Part shown: piece after piece, positions 54,849 through 64,000 of the stretch
Numbering within the stretch: position 1 is the first letter of the stretch
Layout: each line of letters begins with the position of its first letter
Assembly (NCBI GenBank): GCA_964540005.1
Contig: CAZILN010000275.1
Coordinates: 5,287 to 69,286 of the forward strand
Source of the DNA: an uncultured Bacteroidaceae bacterium
GTDB taxonomy: Bacteria; Bacteroidota; Bacteroidia; Bacteroidales; SM23-62
Length of the DNA: 64,000 nucleotides
Direction: 5' to 3'
Program-made: the position numbers and the translations under genes
The notes under the pieces: generated by a model
Databases searched by the model: none
What the model saw: the letters and a program-made list of their open reading frames with translations, nothing else
What the model was told of the DNA's origin: nothing

Positions 54849-57020
54849 ATGAGGTTATCAGTTTATTTTCCAGTTTTCGCATTATCCGTGATGTCGCTGG
54901 TACCTGTATCCGGTCAGAACCAGGGAGTTAACAGAGCGGATTACAGGATCAATATCAGTGAAACCAATGAATTAATTACGGTTGACGGACTGCTTGACGA
55001 AGATGTCTGGTCCCTGGCTGAAAGAGCTTCACAATTTCACCTGGTACTGCCTATTGACACCGGGTACGCAAGGGCTCAGACTGAAGTTATGGTTTGCTAT
55101 GACCAGAAGAACCTGTATTTCGGGATCATCTGCCATGACCCCTTACCGGGAAAAAGGCCGGTGGAATCCCTGCGCCGGGACTGGAATTTCGGAGCCAACG
55201 ATAATTTCATTGTTTTTATTGATACCTATAACGATTATACCAACGGATTTGCTTTCGGGGTATCGGCGGCAGGGGCACAATGGGACGGGATACATGGAGA
55301 AGGGGGATTCGTCATGCTGGACTGGGATACCAAGTGGAGTTCAGCGGTGCAATCTTACCAGGACAGGTGGGTGGCTGAATTCAGTGTTCCTTTCCGGAGC
55401 ATTCGTTACAGGGAAGGAGTTACTGAGTGGGGTATCAGTTACAGCAGGATGGATCTGAAGACCAGTGAAAAATCAAGCTGGGCGCCTATCCCCCGGCAAT
55501 TTCCGACCGCAAACCTGGCCTTCACAGGAACACTGGCATGGGATAAGCCCCTGCCTGAATCAGGAACCCGGGTTTCTCTCATACCCTATGTGCTGGGTAA
55601 GGCAACCCAGGACAGGGAAGCAGGGGAAAACATAAAAACTGATGCGGCAGCCGGACTGGATGCAAAGATCATCCTCTCCACATCCCTTAACCTGGATCTG
55701 ACCGTACTTCCGGATTTTTCACAGGTTGAAGTGGATGAGCAACGTACCAACCTGGACCGGTTTGAACTTTTTTTTCCTGAGAAAAGACAATTCTTTCTCG
55801 AAAACTCTGACATTTTCGCCACACTTGGATCCAGTGAAATCAGGCCCTTTTTCTCCCGAAGGATAGGTCTGAGCAGTCCGGTCATAGGAGGAGCCAGGCT
55901 AAGCGGGAAACTTGGAGAAAAGTGGAGAACCGGCATCATGAATATGCAGACAGGTATTAAGGATTCACTCACTGCAGACAATTTCGCCGTAGCAGCATTC
56001 CAGCGCCAGCTATTCAGCCGTTCAAATATAACCGGTTTCCTGGTGAATAAACAGGTGGTGGCTTCACCCGAAGATTCTGTTAATACATCTTCCTTGTATA
56101 ACAGGGTAGCCGGACTTGATTTTAACCTGGCCAGTGCCGATAACAGGTGGACCGGTAAATTCTTTGCTCATAAATCATTCTATGATGGAAGCTCCGGGAA
56201 AGATGCTGTATTCTCGGGAAGGCTGCAGTACAGTTCTGAAACCTTCATGGTTTCGCTGGATCAGAATTATGTAGGAGAAAACTACCGTGCCGAAGTGGGC
56301 TATATCAGGCGTACCGGGATACTTCAGACCGAATCAAAAGTAGGGTATAAGTTCTTTCCGGCATCCAGCAAGATCGCTAACCACGGTCCTGTTCTTGATA
56401 TGGAACTGTTTATGGATCCTGAATTTACCGTAACAGACAGGGAATTACAGCTTGCATACCAGGTGGAATGGTTGAACCGCAGCATGCTCTCTGCTGACCT
56501 GGAGTACGGCTTCGTAAAATTATTGGAACCTTTTGACCCTACTAATACCGGAGGTGCTGAGTTAGCCCCAGGCAATGAATTTAATTCCTTAGAACTGTCT
56601 ATGCAGTACAGTTCTGACAGCAGGAGGTTATTTACCTATGCTCTGGGTACCCGTTACGGAGGGTACTTCAATGGTACCCGGATGAGCTTTGATGGACAGG
56701 CATCTTACAGGGTGCAGCCTTTCGGTTACCTGGCTTTAGCCGGCTCCTTTAACAGGGTACAATTACCTTCCCCGTATAACAGTGCCGATTTGGTGCTGAT
56801 AGGACCGAAGCTGGATATCACCTTTACTGAAAAGCTGTTCCTTACAACTTTCGTCCAGTATAATAACCAGATAGACAACATCAATACCAACATACGCTTT
56901 CAGTGGCGTTTTGCCCCGGTATCCGACCTGTATATCGTCTATACGGACAATACCCTGCCTGGGAATTTTACGTCCAAAAACAGGGGGTTGGTAGTGAAAT
57001 TGTCCTACTGGTTTAATTAG
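54849..57020 (+). CDS. CBM9-like carbohydrate-binding domain plus DUF5916 beta-barrel-like protein
   Basis: Signal peptide MRLSVYFPVFALSV..; ITVDGLLDEDVW..A......L.P.....A...TEV.VCYD.KNLYFGI.CHD (CBM9-like); long beta-rich C-terminus ending ..KLSYWFN. The start is set at ATG 54849. Confidence 0.65.
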   Translation: MRLSVYFPVFALSVMSLVPVSGQNQGVNRADYRINISETNELITVDGLLDEDVWSLAERASQFHLVLPIDTGYARAQTEVMVCYDQKNLYFGIICHDPLPGKRPVESLRRDWNFGANDNFIVFIDTYNDYTNGFAFGVSAAGAQWDGIHGEGGFVMLDWDTKWSSAVQSYQDRWVAEFSVPFRSIRYREGVTEWGISYSRMDLKTSEKSSWAPIPRQFPTANLAFTGTLAWDKPLPESGTRVSLIPYVLGKATQDREAGENIKTDAAAGLDAKIILSTSLNLDLTVLPDFSQVEVDEQRTNLDRFELFFPEKRQFFLENSDIFATLGSSEIRPFFSRRIGLSSPVIGGARLSGKLGEKWRTGIMNMQTGIKDSLTADNFAVAAFQRQLFSRSNITGFLVNKQVVASPEDSVNTSSLYNRVAGLDFNLASADNRWTGKFFAHKSFYDGSSGKDAVFSGRLQYSSETFMVSLDQNYVGENYRAEVGYIRRTGILQTESKVGYKFFPASSKIANHGPVLDMELFMDPEFTVTDRELQLAYQVEWLNRSMLSADLEYGFVKLLEPFDPTNTGGAELAPGNEFNSLELSMQYSSDSRRLFTYALGTRYGGYFNGTRMSFDGQASYRVQPFGYLALAGSFNRVQLPSPYNSADLVLIGPKLDITFTEKLFLTTFVQYNNQIDNINTNIRFQWRFAPVSDLYIVYTDNTLPGNFTSKNRGLVVKLSYWFN

Positions 57021-57030
57021 AGAGTCCCTT

Positions 57031-58482
57031 TTAATTCTTTTTAAAATTATACTGGCCTAATATCAGTACTCCGCTTATATCTCCTTTTTCATCCAGTTCA
57101 AATTCGAACCCGGCATTATCATCCAGGTTGAAGAATATCAGCTCGGAAGATGGAATGATCGTAAATTCAAAATCATCCCATTCCTGGATGCAAACCAGTT
57201 GGTTATCACCTGCCGAAATACTGATTTTATAATCCTTATCCATCTTGTACTTGCCTGCAAATTTTTCCAGCACTTCGGGGGCCATTGTTATTCTCGTTCT
57301 GGTAGCCGCCTTATAGGTACTCCAGTTATAATAATCAGAGAATCCCCTGATTATTTCCTGTACCAGGCCCCCGCCGTTATCCGAATTTGTCATGACGGCT
57401 ATTCCCGGACCCGATTCAGCATAGGCAAAGATCTGGCACCTGTATCCCTCGTTGGCTCCCCCATGGCCGAAGGTAAGGGTATCCTCCGATTCTCCCAGTC
57501 CTGGTCCCAGTCCCTGGCGATCGATTTGTTTGCGCAGCATCTCAATAGTCATTTCCCTGGACAGTATCTTGTTCGACTTACCCTGGTATGATTTCTGAAC
57601 CTCAAGCATATACTTTGCAAGGTCTGTCGGGGTGGTCCACAATCCGGCCGCAGCCATTTCAGGATAGGTGTGCCAGTTGCCATCAACTTTTTTACCATCT
57701 GAACGGTGCCCGATGCTGGCCATTTCATACCTGTTCTTAGGAAGCGGTTGATCATAACTGCTGTTTTCCATGCCTATAACATCCAGTATATTTTCTTTTA
57801 ATAGGTCAGGGAAAGCAACGCCTGTGACATCCTCCAGCAATTTCTGCATAACCGTATAACCTCCCCCCGAATACCTGTTGATACTGCCGGGAATGGTATC
57901 AGGACGGATTCGATCTGAATTGGCAGGTTTTTCGCCATTGAGGACCTGGATTATGGTCGGGATATCTTCATCATGGGCATATCCCCTGAAGCCATGAACA
58001 GTCAATCCGGCCGAATGGGTCAGCAGTCCGCGCAAAGTAACCGGCTGCTCAGCTGTGTACTCATTTTCCTCAAGCTTCCAATTAGCCAGGTAATCATTAA
58101 CATTCCTGTCAAGATCCAGTTTCCCTTCTTCCACCAGTTTCAGGGCCATCAGGGCAGCCACCGGTTTAGAGATGGATGCCGCCTGGAACAGGGTATTCTC
58201 GTCCACATTCCAGGTACTGTCAAAGCTTATATATCCGTATCCTTTGGACCATTGTAGTCTACCCTTGTCAATATAGGCGATGCTTACTCCCGGCACATTG
58301 TAAAAAGACATTCGTTCCTTGAGGGATAAATATCCAATGTCTTCTCCTTCAATGATCACGGCCGGGACCAGGTGGTGTTCTATTTCCCCGATCTGCTCCT
58401 GGATTGATTTTTCAGCTTGCTGTGAATTGCAGGACTGTATGAACAGTAGGCCTAATAAAAGAGTAATGTGATGGATTTTCAT
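57031..58482 (-). CDS. Serine hydrolase of the beta-lactamase (class C / esterase) family
   Basis: Signal peptide; SxxK motif QAASISKPVAAL, YSGGGY (Y-x-x region), FGHGGA (KTG-equivalent); an extra C-terminal domain of about 100 aa. Confidence 0.85.
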   Translation of the reverse strand: MKIHHITLLLGLLFIQSCNSQQAEKSIQEQIGEIEHHLVPAVIIEGEDIGYLSLKERMSFYNVPGVSIAYIDKGRLQWSKGYGYISFDSTWNVDENTLFQAASISKPVAALMALKLVEEGKLDLDRNVNDYLANWKLEENEYTAEQPVTLRGLLTHSAGLTVHGFRGYAHDEDIPTIIQVLNGEKPANSDRIRPDTIPGSINRYSGGGYTVMQKLLEDVTGVAFPDLLKENILDVIGMENSSYDQPLPKNRYEMASIGHRSDGKKVDGNWHTYPEMAAAGLWTTPTDLAKYMLEVQKSYQGKSNKILSREMTIEMLRKQIDRQGLGPGLGESEDTLTFGHGGANEGYRCQIFAYAESGPGIAVMTNSDNGGGLVQEIIRGFSDYYNWSTYKAATRTRITMAPEVLEKFAGKYKMDKDYKISISAGDNQLVCIQEWDDFEFTIIPSSELIFFNLDDNAGFEFELDEKGDISGVLILGQYNFKKN

Positions 58483-58599
58483 TGTTCTGGTTTAATAAGT
58501 GTTTTCATTCCATTAATATAGTGTATATTTATAATTAAACCATTTAATATCCAGAAAGTCTAAACTATATCATTAGTAATCAATTAATCCTAAATCAAA

Positions 58600-59100
58600 A
58601 TGAAAAGAAAAATTTTCTACTTTATGTCGGTAATCCTTTGCGGTACTTTACTGATTCCCGGTTATGCCTATCCCAGTAAGGCAAAGACAGATTTTTCAGG
58701 TACCTGGACCTTCAATGAAGACAAAAGTGAAATAGGGGAGGGCCGGTTTTTCAGGTCCACGAAAATTATTGTCAAGCAGGACGGGAATAAACTGGATCTG
58801 GAACGGACACGCACGGGAAGGGACGGTGAGGAAAGGATTCAGAGCCAGAACCTGACCCTGGATGGGAAGGAAGTAAAGAGTGAGGCACAATTCGGCACGA
58901 CCGTAGTAACAGCTGTATGGGATGGCAACTCCCTGGTTATTAATTCGACAAGGTCTTTTGAACGGGACGGCCAGACAATGGAACGGAAAAGCAAGGAAGT
59001 ATGGAAACTTTCTGCTGACGGGAAGACCCTGACCATAGAGTCGACCTCAGAGGGGCGGGACGGAGAAATAAAGGCTACACTGGTGTATGATAAACAGTAA
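58600..59100 (+). CDS. Hypothetical secreted beta-rich protein (lipocalin-like size)
   Basis: Signal peptide, then alternating beta-strand pattern (GTWTFNEDKSE.., LVINSTRSFERDGQ.., TLTIESTSEG..). No motif I can name. Confidence 0.5.
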   Translation: MKRKIFYFMSVILCGTLLIPGYAYPSKAKTDFSGTWTFNEDKSEIGEGRFFRSTKIIVKQDGNKLDLERTRTGRDGEERIQSQNLTLDGKEVKSEAQFGTTVVTAVWDGNSLVINSTRSFERDGQTMERKSKEVWKLSADGKTLTIESTSEGRDGEIKATLVYDKQ

Positions 59101-60403
59101 AGTTCAGGTCCCGGTGAGCCATGGCCAGTAGGGGCCGCGCCAGAACTCCGTAAGGACAGGCTTTTTCACAATATCCTTCACAATCAATGCATCTGTCCGG
59201 CTTATTACCGGTCAGGTCCATGTATTTGATCATGGCATATTTCTCCTGTCCTTTCAAGGTGAAATAATAATGGTACCGCAGGATGGTACTGACAGCGATA
59301 TGATGCGGGCAATGAGATTCACATAAACTACAGCCAATCCGGCAAATCATACTGCCCAGGGCTTTCCTGAAGACCTCAAGATTATTCAGCGTCAGCGGAT
59401 CTAGCGACTGACCGGAGATAGCCAGGTGTTTTTCCAGCCCGGTGAAGCTTTTAAAACCTATCAGGCAGCAATCCACATCTTTGTTGGACAGGACAAATTT
59501 GGTGGCCACATCACGGAGCTGTTCATCATGGTCGGTGATTCCATTGGCGTCCAGGTAGGCCATGGCATCGTTATAATATACTTCAAACTTCTCAATCATG
59601 GTTTTAAGGGCTTCGGGAATTTCCTGGTTGCTGGATTCGTACTGTTGTCTGTATTCATCAAAAGAGTAATACGACCGGACCGGGTTGGTTTTCATAATGG
59701 TTGTGGCAATGTTCTTATCCTTGCAGGCCCTGAGCACGCGCTCCCCCTGCTCGGAGAACAAAAAATTATATACCAGCAGCATCAGGTCAAACCTGCCGTC
59801 ATTTACTGCGGACAGCAATATGTCCTCCATGGTATCCTGCTGGTCCCCGGGATAGTAAGACCCATGGCAGGAAATTCCCCTGTACCTGACCTTACCTTCC
59901 TTTTGCAGCTGTTCGAAAGCAGCATGAAACCCCGGGTGCCTGACCGTTGCCACTGATTCGACCCCCTGTAGTATGAGGCAATCCAGGTAATCCGTTTTCA
60001 GGTTTTCAAAACTGGCATTCAGCTTATTAAGTACATCCTCTTTCGAACCAAGGTTCCCGGTATACAGTTTTGTCGTTATAAACAGGGATTCCCGGTCAAC
60101 ATCCCGGATGGCCTCCCCCAGGTCGCTTTCACTGCTGCCGTAGAACCGTCCAGTATCAAAGTAGTTGATCCCGCTTTCTATGGCCGCCCGGATGAGCCCT
60201 GGATTCTGGGGGTACCCGAACCCGATTTCCGATACCCTGAAACCGGTCCTTCCCAGTGTCCTGTATTCCCTGATCCTGGGGCGTTCATTATCACTTTGCG
60301 GTGATGGTTCAGCAAGCTTGTTTTTGTTCATAATTCCGGCTCCTAAGAAACCAAGTGAGGAATTCCTCAGGAATTTTCTGCGATTGAGATTCAGGTTTTT
60401 CAT
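59075..60403 (-). CDS. Tat-signal aldo/keto reductase with C-terminal ferredoxin-type Cys clusters
   Basis: Twin-arginine signal NRRKFLRNSSLGFLGAG; AKR core (LGRTGFRVSEIGFG, INYFDTGRFYG); C-terminal CSLCESHCP and CIDCEGYCEKACP. Confidence 0.8.
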   Translation of the reverse strand: MKNLNLNRRKFLRNSSLGFLGAGIMNKNKLAEPSPQSDNERPRIREYRTLGRTGFRVSEIGFGYPQNPGLIRAAIESGINYFDTGRFYGSSESDLGEAIRDVDRESLFITTKLYTGNLGSKEDVLNKLNASFENLKTDYLDCLILQGVESVATVRHPGFHAAFEQLQKEGKVRYRGISCHGSYYPGDQQDTMEDILLSAVNDGRFDLMLLVYNFLFSEQGERVLRACKDKNIATTIMKTNPVRSYYSFDEYRQQYESSNQEIPEALKTMIEKFEVYYNDAMAYLDANGITDHDEQLRDVATKFVLSNKDVDCCLIGFKSFTGLEKHLAISGQSLDPLTLNNLEVFRKALGSMICRIGCSLCESHCPHHIAVSTILRYHYYFTLKGQEKYAMIKYMDLTGNKPDRCIDCEGYCEKACPYGVLARPLLAMAHRDLNFTVYHTPV

Positions 60404-60723
60404 TGTATGGATAAATTCATTAAGAACGGTTCTTTACATGCGCAGTTAATGTTGGTGCGAATCAGAGCGCTTCTCGGGTGATCAGCAACACGGTATGCAT
60501 GTTGTACAAACCTTCTGTTCGTTTTTCTTATCTAAAATTAAAGGATTTTAGTTTAACAGTCAACCCGGCCGATCCAGTTCCTTTTCCAGCTCAGGGGATT
60601 ATTTACCGCAATCTGTTGTGAAATAAACATTATCACTTCCTTCCATCTCGACCGTTATGCCTTCAGGCGGGAAGGGCAATGTCCAGACACATACATCTTC
60701 CAGGCCATACATATAGGAAATGT

Positions 60724-61521
60724 TCAAACCGCTGAACGGTAAACAGAACCAGAACCTATACTTGTATTATTTGAAATATCCAGGGAGGTTAAGTCGTTGC
60801 TTGAGCAATCCAGATAGACTAATGCTGTATTGACTGAGACATCCAGACTGGTTAACTGGTTATTTGAATAATCCAGGTAAACCAGGACTGTATTCTCCGA
60901 GACGTCAAGGCTCGAAAACCAATTCGAATGACAGATTAATGTTTCCAGAGATCCATTATTAGACAGATCCAGGCTGCTTATTTTATTCCCGTCACATTTC
61001 AGTGTCAGCAGGGAGTCATTATGTGTAACATCCAGGTTGCGTATTTCATTCCTGTCCACCCAGTAATAATTACCGCATTCGAGGTATTGCAGGGCAGTGT
61101 TCTGAGAAACATCCAGGCTGGTCAGGTAATTCCCGTCACACCTAAGCCAGGTTAATTTTTTATTACCGGATACATCCAGTGCGGTAAGTTTATTAAAGAA
61201 ACATGTGAGTTCTTCCAAATTCGTAAACGCCTCAATACCATCAAGGTTCCTTATCTGCCCGCACCAGTCATGTGATTCCGGACTATAACCCAGGACGGGT
61301 TCATAATTACCAATATCCAGGGTAATTACTGCTTCTGCTTCATCATGACTGATCAGTTCATCGCCGTCCGTGTCAACCTCCCTGTCGATAAGGGCATACA
61401 AAAACAATACATCCGGTATATCAACTATATCTTTTTCCGGTTCCTCGGTATCTTTTTCGCATCCACCGAAAACATGGAAGCCGATAATCAGAAAGCAGAT
61501 AAACAGTGCCCGGATTTTCAT
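60724..61521 (-). CDS. Leucine-rich-repeat lipoprotein (BspA-like LRRs). The reading frame appears broken near the 3' end, and the conserved C-terminus continues to 60599 in another frame
   Basis: Lipoprotein signal ..VFGGC; repeated L..L.C..N.LTSLDVS.NT units. After the stop at 60724-60726, another frame encodes ..LNISYMYGLEDVCVWTLPFPPEGITVEMEGSDNVYFTTDCGK* (stop 60599-60601). Confidence 0.65.
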   Translation of the reverse strand: MKIRALFICFLIIGFHVFGGCEKDTEEPEKDIVDIPDVLFLYALIDREVDTDGDELISHDEAEAVITLDIGNYEPVLGYSPESHDWCGQIRNLDGIEAFTNLEELTCFFNKLTALDVSGNKKLTWLRCDGNYLTSLDVSQNTALQYLECGNYYWVDRNEIRNLDVTHNDSLLTLKCDGNKISSLDLSNNGSLETLICHSNWFSSLDVSENTVLVYLDYSNNQLTSLDVSVNTALVYLDCSSNDLTSLDISNNTSIGSGSVYRSAV

Positions 61522-61607
61522 GATACCTGAGGTAGTATTGGGATCAGTTATTTGGAATAATAAATTTAAATCTTCTGATAATTATCCTGATTAAAAACCA
61601 AACTAAT

Positions 61608-63785
61608 TTATTCATTCTTTTCAAGATTCATAACATATTCTATATCTGCTTCAACATCTTTTAAAAAATGGCTCCAGTGAAAACTCGTGAACTCCGGCCA
61701 CCTTGTATTATTTCCGATGCCAATATAGGGCATGGGTTTATACCGGTCGACCGTCAGCCTGATTACATTTTTCCAATGAACCAGACACTTTTCGAGATAC
61801 TCCAAGCTTATTTTTTTTTCTTCTGCTTGCTTCGAGAGATTGAAGGTTTCAAGCGCAACGGCAGCCCGCAATTTATCAGCAAAATAAAACCCCAGGTAGC
61901 ACCATGTTTCAATATCATCCAACTCTGAATTCAGTTCTGGTTTATTTTCAGATGAGCGCATATTGTCAACAATTATCATGGCCTTATTACAATTATCCCT
62001 GACCAGTTGTGCAAGTTCCAGGGGATTAATCAGATCATCACTGATTTGAATTCCCTTGTTTTTCCTATCGCAATATTCTGATATGCTAAGATACCTGGCA
62101 TCAAGAGTTTCATGTTTTATTAGTTCTTCGATAGATATGAAAGGTGATTTGTTATCATCGAAACCATATGGCGCGGCAGACAGGAACCCTTCACTATACA
62201 GGGTAAAATCCCAGGTGGATTTATAAAATGAGGCTATATATAAGGGAACTTTCGATGCCAGGGAGTAGGCGTCAAGCAAACTGGCGGCATCAATATTTTC
62301 ATAGCGTTTACTGAACCCGACCGCAAGCGTTTCATCCGTCTCTTCAGGATTATATAGTAACCGGCCCCAGAGATGATAAAACAGCCATTGCTTTTCAAAA
62401 GCGTATTTCCAGGTTATATGAGGGTGCTGCTCCATATGGGAATAATCTTTTGCCGGGATATAGCCCTCGGAGCCAACAAAATAGCCATCCACATATTCAT
62501 GATGGTTGGTTCCAATATGCTGTCTGATAAACTCCGGATCGCCCCAGCGAAGCACAAAAAAATCTTCATTCCTGATCATCCAGGCAATGAAATAATTTTC
62601 CGGTTCCGGATCCCAGAAATCCTTCATAATGGTTCCTTCATCATTAGCATGTGTAATCGAGAGATTAGGTGTGGAATATCCGTGCGACCAGTTAAATTTT
62701 ACCTCCACAATCGTTTTATCGGGCAGGTTGGCATGATCAATGACTTGTCTCATTTCCCTGGGGTCACCTGCCAGGACGGCCCTGTGTATAAATTTTATTT
62801 CCCTGTCTGCGTTTTTCATCCCCTCGACGAAGGTCTCTTCGATCCAGGCTTCGCGTTCTGCCGGTGTCATAGTATTTTCCCCCCAGTTTCCCATCCAGTC
62901 GGCAAGTGTTACACCCAAACCGGTGAGGTCCTCATATTCATTTATTAACTGGGTAACAGATTCACTGGTGTATTTTTTTACCAGCCCGGACCGGTCATCA
63001 TATATATCGGCTCCATAAGCTTCGGCAAACTCAGGGGATACCACGATGTTCCAGTTAACAAGGTATGTTTCAATCCCCCTGTTTTTAGCCATTTCAAAAA
63101 GTGTCCGCCAGAATGACTTCCATTCCTTCAGTTCCTGGTCGTTGAACGGTGTAGCTTCCGGATAATTTTCAGCCCTGATCATATAGGGAAAAGGATGGGT
63201 GTTCCATAGACTTAGGGCATTGAACCTGTTGGTCACCATCATATCCAGAAAAGATTCCCAGAAATCCAGGTCCCTGCATGTTTCTAAATGGATATCGGTT
63301 GCTGGTCCGGGCCGGTAAGGAGACCAGGGCAGGTTGAATTTAATGGCACGAAACGAAAATGCGGGATTAACCTGGCGTTCTTCCAGTCTGGCAATATCAG
63401 CTGAATTGTTCAATTGCTCTATAATATCCATGATTCCATACAAACAGCCCCTTTCAGTCAATCCCAGCAAATAGATCGTTCCATTTTCTTTTATAAGTTT
63501 AAACCCGTCGTCTTTTACACCTGAAATATTATTTGTTAAAATTTCCATTTGATGATTGCTGAGATTTCTTCCAGGAGTCAAAATTAAAATATCACCGGAA
63601 GTATTACTATTGTCATGTTCAATGACTGAACAGCCTGAATGTTCCAGGTGTTCACTTAGCTTTGCAATGCCATATGATAAGATTGAAGAATCAGTGTTGT
63701 AACCAATATTAATGACCTTTTGACTATCGCAGGATATAAAGACAGCAGTAATCGCAATTGCTATAATTTTTAGGTTGTTAGTCAC
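61608..63785 (-). CDS. Putative glycoside hydrolase-like lipoprotein (TIM-barrel core, family uncertain)
   Basis: Lipoprotein signal ..AVFISC; 725 aa; FRAIKFNLPW....FWESFLDMMVTNRFNALSLWNTHPFPYMIR and ..GIETYLVNWNI.. resemble the catalytic-barrel regions of GH20/GH67/GH115-like enzymes. Not verified. Confidence 0.45.
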   Translation of the reverse strand: MTNNLKIIAIAITAVFISCDSQKVINIGYNTDSSILSYGIAKLSEHLEHSGCSVIEHDNSNTSGDILILTPGRNLSNHQMEILTNNISGVKDDGFKLIKENGTIYLLGLTERGCLYGIMDIIEQLNNSADIARLEERQVNPAFSFRAIKFNLPWSPYRPGPATDIHLETCRDLDFWESFLDMMVTNRFNALSLWNTHPFPYMIRAENYPEATPFNDQELKEWKSFWRTLFEMAKNRGIETYLVNWNIVVSPEFAEAYGADIYDDRSGLVKKYTSESVTQLINEYEDLTGLGVTLADWMGNWGENTMTPAEREAWIEETFVEGMKNADREIKFIHRAVLAGDPREMRQVIDHANLPDKTIVEVKFNWSHGYSTPNLSITHANDEGTIMKDFWDPEPENYFIAWMIRNEDFFVLRWGDPEFIRQHIGTNHHEYVDGYFVGSEGYIPAKDYSHMEQHPHITWKYAFEKQWLFYHLWGRLLYNPEETDETLAVGFSKRYENIDAASLLDAYSLASKVPLYIASFYKSTWDFTLYSEGFLSAAPYGFDDNKSPFISIEELIKHETLDARYLSISEYCDRKNKGIQISDDLINPLELAQLVRDNCNKAMIIVDNMRSSENKPELNSELDDIETWCYLGFYFADKLRAAVALETFNLSKQAEEKKISLEYLEKCLVHWKNVIRLTVDRYKPMPYIGIGNNTRWPEFTSFHWSHFLKDVEADIEYVMNLEKNE

Positions 63786-63852
63786 GGGATGAACTTTTTA
63801 ATAGTTCTTTTATAGGTGCAATAATTGATGGATTGATAAGGCATCAACAATG

Positions 63853-64000
63853 CTATTTGTTAATTATCTCCCTGCCGAAGGGTGTTAAGGCTAAACCGGC
63901 TAATTTAAAATGTTGCCTGGCAAAAGGTATCCCAATAATAGTGATACCGAAGAGTATTCCAAAAATCACATGTGTCAGGCATATCCAGATACCACCCAGC
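63853..64000 (-). CDS. YccF-domain (DUF307) inner membrane protein, 5'-truncated by window edge
   Basis: Reverse strand reads ..LGGIWICLTHVIFGILFGITIIGIPFARQHFKLAGLALTPFGREIINK*. The GIPF..QHFKLA.LAL.PFG pattern is typical of YccF. Confidence 0.65.
   Translation of the reverse strand, partial: LGGIWICLTHVIFGILFGITIIGIPFARQHFKLAGLALTPFGREIINK

Noticed and set aside
59426-59956. 176-aa plus-strand ORF inside the aldo/keto reductase gene. Likewise 62373-62948 inside the 61608-63785 gene, 33968-34441 opposite pgi, and 54982-55458 and 32666-32980 as alternative frames
   Set aside because: All overlap longer ORFs that have recognisable signal peptides or catalytic motifs. Their own translations are compositionally odd and motif-free.
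1-64000. Search for rRNA, tRNA, CRISPR arrays, transposases, integrases, reverse transcriptases and phage genes
   Set aside because: I found no tRNA-like T-arm or acceptor pairs in the intergenic regions I read, no spaced direct-repeat array, and no ORF with DDE, tyrosine or serine recombinase or RT motifs. The scan was by eye only, so tRNAscan-SE, Infernal and ISfinder should confirm.

Overview
The window has two compositionally different parts. Positions 1 to about 12.6 kb are AT-rich (about 35% GC on the one 60-nt line I counted by hand). They carry tightly packed plus-strand genes typical of anaerobic bacteria or archaea: a 5'-truncated FAD/NAD oxidoreductase, Mrp/NBP35, Nnr, a small radical SAM enzyme, a COG3199 NAD-kinase-like protein, a HisC-like aminotransferase, a SAM methyltransferase, Zn-ADH, family-4 UDG with a Cys-rich tail, NifX-like proteins, an AmmeMemoRadiSam-type radical SAM enzyme and a Kef-type antiporter. 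At least four decayed gene remnants lie among them: a KaiC-like ATPase, a ZIP transporter with its middle deleted, the 3' end of a second Mrp paralog, and a probably shortened radical SAM gene. A junction zone (12.6-15.3 kb) contains gene fragments, a second NifX-like gene, about 960 bp of non-coding DNA with a GC-richer hairpin-rich core, and an MntA/HepT (MNT/HEPN) toxin-antitoxin pair. From about 15.3 kb onward the DNA looks like ordinary Bacteroidota chromosome (38% and 52% GC on the two lines counted). It has rsmA, mgtE, purH-mreB-mreC-mreD-mrdA-rodA, pgi, lipA, ubiE and a sigma-54 NtrC/NtrB pair next to FtsX/MacB-type permeases and PQQ beta-propeller proteins. It also has glycoside-hydrolase-like lipoproteins, LRR proteins, and TAnnTTTG promoter-like motifs with almost no Shine-Dalgarno sequences. 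I found no rRNA, tRNA, CRISPR array, transposase, integrase or reverse transcriptase. I could not identify one clear novel multi-gene system. The best leads are the compositional junction with its unassigned structured non-coding region, the run of precise-looking gene deletions in the low-GC block, the radical SAM/NADK-like/aminotransferase/methyltransferase operon, the sigma-54-linked permease plus beta-propeller modules, and a J-domain-LRR fusion protein. All function calls rest on motifs I recognise by eye. No database search was run.
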